Assembly (NCBI GenBank): GCA_963837955.1
Contig: CAWIPH010000002.1
Coordinates: 2,336,001-2,400,000 of the forward strand
DNA: 64,000 bases
Direction of reading: 5' to 3'
From: an uncultured Verrucomicrobiae bacterium
GTDB taxonomy: Bacteria; Verrucomicrobiota; Verrucomicrobiia; Chthoniobacterales; JAFAMB01
Positions 58,251 through 64,000 of the stretch are shown here, piece after piece. How positions within the stretch are numbered: position 1 is the first letter of the stretch; the number at the start of each line of letters is the position of its first letter. Under the pieces are notes generated by a model. That model had not been told where the DNA came from and searched no databases. It was given only the letters and a program-made list of their open reading frames with translations. A program made the translations under genes and the position numbers.

Positions 58251-59114
58251 TTAGCGAGTTCTTGGAAAGAAACCCTGCGGCCGCAGAGTGAGAATGGCGA
58301 GGAACACAATATGGCCAGCCAGGATCTGGTAGCCGGGATTGAGTCTGGCTCCGAGGGTTTGCGCGACGCCCAGAATCACTCCACCGACGAGCGTCCCCCA
58401 GAGGTCGCCTAAACCGCCAATGATGATCGCTTCAAACGCGAAAATCAGCCGGGTTGGCCCGATCGATGGGTCAAAATTTGCGCGGATCCCGAGAAAAACG
58501 CCTGCAATTGATACGATTGCCAGTGACAGAGCCATGGCAACACCAAAGAGATGAGCATTGTTTATCCCCATCAGTTGCGCGGCTTCTTGGTCGTCGGATA
58601 CGGAGCGGAAAGCTCGCCCCAGTTCGGTGTGGTAGAGAAGCAGTTGCAACGCGGCGATGACAGCAACGGCGACGATAAACATCAGGCACGGCAAGACCCC
58701 TACAGCCATGCCTGCTGGTAAATCGATGTGCAAAGTTTCCAGGTTGCCCGCATGCAGTCGGCGACTGTCAGCGCTGAAGATCTGAAGCAAGGCGTTTTGC
58801 AGAAAAACCGATAAGCCAAACGACACGAGAAGCGGCGGGAGGATGTCATCACCTAATGTGCGATTGAAAACCCCGCGCTGCAGGCCATAACCCAGCAACG
58901 CCATGAGCGGCACGACTAACACGAGAGAAACCAACGGATGAAGACCCAACCCTCCAGCTACCACCAGGGCGATGAACGCAGAAAAGACGATGAGATCGCC
59001 ATGGGCGATGTTGACCAGACGCATCACACCAAAGATGAGGGAGAGTCCGGCGGCAAAAAGCGCGTATAGTCCGCCCAGAAGTATGCCGTCCAATACGGTG
59101 CTCACCAGGTCCAT
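58251..59114 (-). CDS. Branched-chain-amino-acid-type ABC permease (LivH-like)
   Basis: GGLYAL.A.GLSLIFGVMRLVNIAHG, AA.LMGIN, IIGGLG..WG. Confidence 0.93.
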   Translation of the reverse strand: MDLVSTVLDGILLGGLYALFAAGLSLIFGVMRLVNIAHGDLIVFSAFIALVVAGGLGLHPLVSLVLVVPLMALLGYGLQRGVFNRTLGDDILPPLLVSFGLSVFLQNALLQIFSADSRRLHAGNLETLHIDLPAGMAVGVLPCLMFIVAVAVIAALQLLLYHTELGRAFRSVSDDQEAAQLMGINNAHLFGVAMALSLAIVSIAGVFLGIRANFDPSIGPTRLIFAFEAIIIGGLGDLWGTLVGGVILGVAQTLGARLNPGYQILAGHIVFLAILTLRPQGFFPRTR

Positions 59115-59118
59115 GACG

Positions 59119-59826
59119 CTACACTCCGAAATAAGCCTTAGTGATTTCCGCTCGACCGAGATTCGACGGTTTGCCTTCTAGCGCTACTCGTCCTTCTCGC
59201 AGACAATAGACGCGGTCTGAGACCGCCATGGCCTGCTTGATGTCCTGTTCCACAACTACCAGTGTTGTTCCGTTTGCAGTGATGTGCTCGAGTTGGGCAT
59301 AGATCTCTTTGATAATCACCGGCGCGAGCCCGAGGCTAATTTCGTCGCAAAGTAATAGTCTGGGGTTGGCCATTAGTGCCCGACCGAGCGCGACCATCTG
59401 CTGCTGTCCACCAGAGAGCGCCATCGCAGCCGCATGGCGTCTTTCCCTGAGCATAGGGAAGATCGCGTAGACGGCTTCGAGGTTCCACGGCCCCTGGCGT
59501 TTGCGGTAGGCGCCAATCAAGAGGTTTTCCTCGACCGATAAGGAGGGGAACAGGCGACGCCCCTCAGGAACCATCGAGATCCCTTGCGAAACTATGCGAT
59601 ACGCGGGGTCCCCGCCAATCGCCTTGCCGTCGAAGTAAATCGCTTCGGCCTTGGTCCGAACAAGTCCGGTGATGCTCTTCAGGAGGGTGGACTTGCCCGC
59701 TCCGTTCGAGCCGATAATGGCTACGGTCTCGGCCTGTTCGACCCGGAAGTCGATGCCAAAGAGTGCCTGGAAATCGCCATAGAACGCGATGAGGCCGCGG
59801 GCTTCGAGGAGGTTAGATTGCATCAT
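59119..59826 (-). CDS. ABC ATP-binding protein (LivF-like)
   Basis: GSNGAGKST, VPEGRRLF, LSGGQQQM, DEISLGLAP, VEQ. Confidence 0.94.
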   Translation of the reverse strand: MMQSNLLEARGLIAFYGDFQALFGIDFRVEQAETVAIIGSNGAGKSTLLKSITGLVRTKAEAIYFDGKAIGGDPAYRIVSQGISMVPEGRRLFPSLSVEENLLIGAYRKRQGPWNLEAVYAIFPMLRERRHAAAMALSGGQQQMVALGRALMANPRLLLCDEISLGLAPVIIKEIYAQLEHITANGTTLVVVEQDIKQAMAVSDRVYCLREGRVALEGKPSNLGRAEITKAYFGV

Positions 59827-60544
59827 CTTCCTCTCCCATGTAGATGTCTTTCACGGCGCGGCTCTCTACCACGGTGCGCGGCTCTCCGTCATCGATTTTC
59901 TTTCCGAAGTTGACGACCATGAGCCGATCAACGACAGCCAGTAATGCGTGCACCACGTGTTCGATCCAGATAATCGACACGCCGCGTGCCCGGATCCGGC
60001 CGATCTCTTCAACGAGCACTCGACATTCCTGCTCGGTCAGTCCTCCCGCGATTTCGTCAAGCAGTAGGACCTTTGGATTGGTTGCCAGAGCTCGGGCTAA
60101 CTCAAGGCGCTTGCGGTCCAATACCGTGAGACTACCCGCTCTGACATTCGACTTAGCTACCAGACCCGTCTCCTGCAGAATCTCGGCGCAGCGGCCATAT
60201 ACGGCGCGTTCCGGTTTTCCGTCTCCGAAAGCGGCGCCAACCAAGAGGTTCTCGAACACGGTCATTCCGGCAAAAGGGTGGGGGATCTGAAACGATCGAG
60301 CGATACCGCGGCGACACCGCGCGAATGCTCGCAGGCCGGTAATCTCAGCTCCTTCAAAGAATACTCGTCCACTGTCGGCCTTGGTAATTCCGGTGATAAT
60401 ATTAAACATTGTCGTCTTGCCGGAGCCGTTTGGGCCGATGACACCGAGAGCTTCGCCTTCGGCTAAATGCATGCTGAGGTTGTCCGTGGCCAGCACAGCC
60501 CCGTAACGCTTTGAGATAGATTCCAATCTGAGAACTACATTCAT
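59813..60544 (-). CDS. ABC ATP-binding protein (LivG-like)
   Basis: [31 protein letters not shown]. Confidence 0.94.
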   Translation of the reverse strand: MNVVLRLESISKRYGAVLATDNLSMHLAEGEALGVIGPNGSGKTTMFNIITGITKADSGRVFFEGAEITGLRAFARCRRGIARSFQIPHPFAGMTVFENLLVGAAFGDGKPERAVYGRCAEILQETGLVAKSNVRAGSLTVLDRKRLELARALATNPKVLLLDEIAGGLTEQECRVLVEEIGRIRARGVSIIWIEHVVHALLAVVDRLMVVNFGKKIDDGEPRTVVESRAVKDIYMGEEDDAI

Positions 60545-60652
60545 GCCGACGCGGCCTCCTTGCCTGAACAGTTAGTTACAAACACATTGTCCTGCCTTTG
60601 GGTAGACCCTTTTGTGTTAGCAGGGCTTGACCAGCAGCGGAATACGGGAAGA

Positions 60653-61948
60653 TCAGGCAAGAAGTTTCAACTTATCCTGCGCGGGAATGCTGGGAGCTGT
60701 CGAATTTTCACAAACCACCAGCTCGAAGCCTTTCTCTGTTTTTCGCCATTGACCAGCGACCAAAGGCGTCTTGCTGACGTTTTTAACCGGTTTGCCCGAC
60801 CACTTGATTGGTCCCACGATGGAGTTGTAATCAGTCGCTACGATAGCCTCCAGAATCGAAGCTGGTTCTCCCAAATTCTTAGTCCTTTTTAGCACATCGA
60901 TAGCAACCTCAAAAAGTGCATGCTGAAACCCGATCGGCTGGGTCCAACTGCGACTCGTCGAACGCTCATACGCATCGCACAGCTCCTTGGCGCTTTGTCC
61001 CGTCAGTCCCGACTTAAAAGGATGGCTCGGCGACCACCAGATCTCGGAAGAAAGGCCATCGGCGCGACTGCCCAGAGCCGTGACCGAAGCGGGGAAAAGG
61101 AGCGCTTTCCCGACCGTCACCACTTTAGGCTTAAAGCCTTGTTGCGCTGCCTGATTCCAGAAGGTCGCGAAATCCGGCGGTGTAACCACGCCGGTCACAA
61201 TTTCGACTCCTGCATTCTTGAAAGCGGAGATTTGCGATCCGTAGTCGTCGCTGAGCGGTTGGAAGCGTCCGGTGTCTATCAACTTGTAGCCGGTCTCTTG
61301 TAGAGCCGGGGGAAAACCAAGCTTAGCATCCCCCCAAGCATTCCCGTCTCCGTCGTTGGGAAAGAGAGCACCCACAACCTTATTCGTCTCGACGGTTTTC
61401 CAGAGAGCGAAGAACGAAGCAATCACGTCCTCTAAGCCCCAGAAAAAATGGTACGTCCAAGTGAAACCTTTGTCCGGCGTGCCGTGCCGACCGAAGAAGT
61501 ATGGCTGCCAGGGGGTGATACTAGTGATGCACGGGATCTCGTTAGCTTCGGCTTGGTCGGCGACCGGATTAGTAGTCTCCGGCGTACTCGAAGACACTAA
61601 CAAATCAACTTTCTCCTTGAGGATTAGATCGGCCGCGACTTCTGAAGCGCGGTTAGTCTTTGACTGGCTGTCCTTGCTGATGATTTGGATCTCATAGGTT
61701 ACCCCTCCGTTGGTAATCCCTTTCGCTAACGCAGTTCGAATTTGATCAAGGACAAACGCATCAGCTTCCGCAAACGGGGCAAGTGCTCCGGTGTGCGGAC
61801 TAACATGGCCAATCTTGATCACTTTCGAGGTGGCTGCTTTGGCGGTTGTGCCGTGCAAAATCGCTGGTCCAGCGATCGCAGTTGCGCCAATCGTCTTAAT
61901 AAAATCGCGCCGGCGCCAAAATCGGGATGAAGGATTCGAGGGTCTCAT
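60653..61948 (-). CDS. ABC substrate-binding protein (Liv-type fold, aromatic-binding context), Tat signal
   Basis: RRRDFIK leader, IG.VSP.TG.LA, TPETTNPV, YHFFWG, WWSP.HP, WTQP.G..HA.FE. Confidence 0.9.
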   Translation of the reverse strand: MRPSNPSSRFWRRRDFIKTIGATAIAGPAILHGTTAKAATSKVIKIGHVSPHTGALAPFAEADAFVLDQIRTALAKGITNGGVTYEIQIISKDSQSKTNRASEVAADLILKEKVDLLVSSSTPETTNPVADQAEANEIPCITSITPWQPYFFGRHGTPDKGFTWTYHFFWGLEDVIASFFALWKTVETNKVVGALFPNDGDGNAWGDAKLGFPPALQETGYKLIDTGRFQPLSDDYGSQISAFKNAGVEIVTGVVTPPDFATFWNQAAQQGFKPKVVTVGKALLFPASVTALGSRADGLSSEIWWSPSHPFKSGLTGQSAKELCDAYERSTSRSWTQPIGFQHALFEVAIDVLKRTKNLGEPASILEAIVATDYNSIVGPIKWSGKPVKNVSKTPLVAGQWRKTEKGFELVVCENSTAPSIPAQDKLKLLA

Positions 61949-62064
61949 TGTCGGGGGACGCATAGAGTTGGGATTATATTCGGATGAAAACCGATGGCGG
62001 CCTAAACCGTTCGGCCTCACCCCGGGTCAGGCGAGTGCCCGGAAGCACCTAGTTGCTCAAAACT

Positions 62065-62098
62065 GTTCGTTAAACGAACGCCTGTACGATAATCGCCA
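62065..62098. promoter_or_regulatory. PcaR/PobR-type IclR operator (perfect plus degenerate site)
   Basis: GTTCG-TTAAA-CGAAC (62065-62079) and GTACG-ATAAT-CGCCA (62084-62098) upstream of the ABC operon. Confidence 0.75.
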
Positions 62099-62150
62099 CC
62101 CTGCGACAAAGTGCCGAAACTGTCAATAGGAAACCGGTTCCCTCACGTCG

Positions 62151-62340
62151 GTAGGGTGGGTCGCTCCCGTCGACCGCCGAAAATATCCGGTGACCAAAGC
62201 TCTTTTAGACCGGACCGCGTGCAATGGAACGATAACGGACGTGCGGGGAACAGATATGACGTCCCTCGTGCCCTTCGACGGGCCTAACAAGGCCGTGGCT
62301 TGTCATGGGGCTCGGCGGTCGATGGAGCGACGAGTCCTAC
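62151..62340. repeat. GTAG-footed REPIN-like element
   Basis: GTAGGGTGGGTCGCTCCCGTCGACCGCCGA ... TCGGCGGTCGATGGAGCGACGAGTCCTAC. Confidence 0.75.
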
Positions 62341-62400
62341 CGACGTTGGATTCGCCGATGCCATTTTTCTAGATGCCATTTTCTAAATCCTGGATCTTCC

Positions 62401-63228
62401 CTAGAGATGCCCAACACAAGAAGAGATGTTTTTGGCAGCCTTTTGAAGAACCGGAAGGAAACGCTGCATTACTTCGCTCTTGGAGGTTCGCGTCGCATGG
62501 GTGCCGATGTTGATTGCCGCGACGGCTCTGGCGCGACCGGCCAGGACTGGCACAGCAAGCGAACGCAGTCCAATCTCGAGTTCTTGGTCGACCAAAGCGT
62601 AACCTTGCTTAAGGACGTTGTTCAGCTCTTTTCGCAAGGCCGCCGGATCACAAATGGTTTTCTCAGTGAAGCGCTGAAACTTAGCGGTCTTGAAATATTT
62701 CTCGAGGGCCTCAGGCGGGAGATGCGCCAGCAGCACGCGTCCCATCGAAGTACAAAAAGCGGGGAGCCGGCTGCCAATGCTGAGCGAGACGGACATGATG
62801 CGGCGCGTTTGTACCCGGGCGACATAGACGATTTCATCTCCATCGAGAACTGAGGCGGAAGACGATTCTTTGGTTTCTAGTGTTACCTCTTCGAGAAAAC
62901 GCTCAGCGATCTTAGGAAGCGAAAAAGAAGAGAGATAAGCGTACCCAAGATCCAAAATCTTCGCGGTAAGACGAAAGTATTTGCCGTCAGTAATCACGTA
63001 TCCTAACTCAACTAAAGTGTAGAGGAAGCGCCGGACAACAGCCCGAGCTAATCCCGTCCTCTCGGCAACTTCGCTCAACGTCAGCGCGTCCGACGGTCTC
63101 ATGTTCGACGGACTTTCCGAATCCCGTTCGGCGTTGCCGAATGCTTTGATAATATCGAGACCTCGGGCCAGCGAGACGACAAAGTCGGGCGAATCGGCGA
63201 AGGCTACGGGTAACTGCTTCCTGGGCAC
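62401..63228 (-). CDS. IclR family regulator (PcaR/PobR-like)
   Basis: FV.SLARGL.II.AF, TL.EVA..TGL.RA..RR.L.TL..LGY, GSRLPA.CTSMGRVLLA, DQELE.GLRS.AVP. Confidence 0.93.
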   Translation of the reverse strand: MPRKQLPVAFADSPDFVVSLARGLDIIKAFGNAERDSESPSNMRPSDALTLSEVAERTGLARAVVRRFLYTLVELGYVITDGKYFRLTAKILDLGYAYLSSFSLPKIAERFLEEVTLETKESSSASVLDGDEIVYVARVQTRRIMSVSLSIGSRLPAFCTSMGRVLLAHLPPEALEKYFKTAKFQRFTEKTICDPAALRKELNNVLKQGYALVDQELEIGLRSLAVPVLAGRARAVAAINIGTHATRTSKSEVMQRFLPVLQKAAKNISSCVGHL

Positions 63229-63280
63229 GTGTTTAGTTGATCGTTAAAGTCTGTCGCAATAGGGCGGATGCGGCCAGACT

Positions 63281-63295
63281 GTTCGGTATTCGAAC
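63281..63295. promoter_or_regulatory. PcaR-type operator
   Basis: GTTCG-GTATT-CGAAC upstream of the IclR gene. Confidence 0.75.
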
Positions 63296-63355
63296 GCTGG
63301 CAACTCCTTTAAACAAAAGTGAGCACGCGCGCAACCGAAAATCGCGCATGCGAAG

Positions 63356-63412
63356 TTGACAAGGGGTTTGGGTGAATATAGGCTGGTCCGCACAACTGTT
63401 CGGTGTGCGAAC
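63356..63412 (+). promoter_or_regulatory. Sigma70 promoter and downstream PcaR-type operator for the dioxygenase
   Basis: TTGACA (63356-63361), 17 bp, TAGGCT (63379-63384), then GTTCG-GTGTG-CGAAC (63398-63412). Confidence 0.75.
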
Positions 63413-63431
63413 ACGCTTACCCCAAATTGCT

Positions 63432-64000
63432 ATGCAATCTGTTGCCCCCCCAACGACCGCAGCCACCATTACCGAGGCCGCACTCCGCTCGTTTGATAAT
63501 ACCCCCGACCCGCGCACCAAGCAGCTCTTGCAGGCGGCCGTCAAACATCTTCACGCCTTCGCTACCGAGACAAACCTTACTACCAACGAACTCATTAAGC
63601 TGGCCGAGGTTTTAACCGCAGCTGGTAAGATCTCCGATGCTAGTCGCCATGAATTTCTCCTCATGAGCGACGTCATGGGGCTGACCATGGTCGTCGATTA
63701 CAACACCAATCAGAAGCCGGACGGCGCGTTTGAGAGCAGTGTGCTCGGCCCATTCTACCGGGCCCAGGCTCCCTGGATTCCGATGGGTGGCGATATCTGC
63801 CGTCAGAAAGACGCTGGCGCGCCGGCGCTCGTCTCCGGGCGAGTGGTGTCAACGGATGGTGCACCGGTCAGGGGCGCAACGCTCGACATTTGGCAGGTTC
63901 CCGCCAACGGGATGTACGAGAACACCGATCCCTCGCAGGTGGAATTCAACTGCCGTGGCCGGTTGCGGGCGACGGACGATGGCAGCTTCCGATTTTGGAC
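63432..64000 (+). CDS. Intradiol ring-cleavage dioxygenase (hydroxyquinol/catechol 1,2-type), 3' end outside window
   Basis: My translation: MQSVAPP..ITEAALRSF.NTPDPR...AVKHLHAF..E..LT..E...R.EF.L.SD..G....V..ESSVLGPFY...V.GRV...DG.P..GA.LDIWQ...NG.Y...D......RG. Confidence 0.92.
   Translation, partial: MQSVAPPTTAATITEAALRSFDNTPDPRTKQLLQAAVKHLHAFATETNLTTNELIKLAEVLTAAGKISDASRHEFLLMSDVMGLTMVVDYNTNQKPDGAFESSVLGPFYRAQAPWIPMGGDICRQKDAGAPALVSGRVVSTDGAPVRGATLDIWQVPANGMYENTDPSQVEFNCRGRLRATDDGSFRFW

Noticed and set aside
1..64000. rRNA, tRNA, integron/attC, prophage or defence-system genes
   Set aside because: None recognised by eye. No integrase, reverse transcriptase, nuclease or phage structural motifs in the ORFs. 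A covariance-model scan was not possible.

Overview
Gene-dense bacterial chromosomal segment. It is most plausibly from a soil Verrucomicrobiota (Chthoniobacterales-like) genome, inferred from repeat style and gene content and not verified. In order: (i) a sugar/polyol catabolic locus (ribose-type ABC importer, SDR resembling Gluconobacter L-sorbose reductase, FGGY kinase, cupin PGI, Eda, shikimate-DH-like, 2-hydroxyacid DH, MBL lactonase-like, HexR/RpiR) with a shared upstream CGTAGTAwT motif; (ii) ArsR-SRPBCC, a QueA-like+SDR pair with a divergent SufR-like regulator, and assorted small enzymes; (iii) isocitrate lyase aceA preceded by a Val-codon-rich leader ORF inside a long RNA hairpin, the best candidate for an undescribed system, followed by mtnA; (iv) a TIGR04283/TIGR04282 glycosyltransferase pair, a frameshifted glutaryl-CoA dehydrogenase, the leucine-degradation genes liuBCDE and birA; (v) an OPT transporter and the hopanoid C-3 methylase hpnR; (vi) a decayed, repeat-rich variable stretch with an autotransporter-like protein; (vii) an aromatic-catabolism locus (arylamine NAT, maleylacetate reductase, Liv-type ABC importer, PcaR-like IclR with three operators, intradiol dioxygenase running off the end). 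Intergenic DNA is full of REP/REPIN-like palindromes, tandem arrays and heptamer repeats, and holds a miniature IS481 remnant. No rRNA, tRNA, cas gene or intact transposase was recognised. All protein family calls come from motif recognition by eye, not from database searches.
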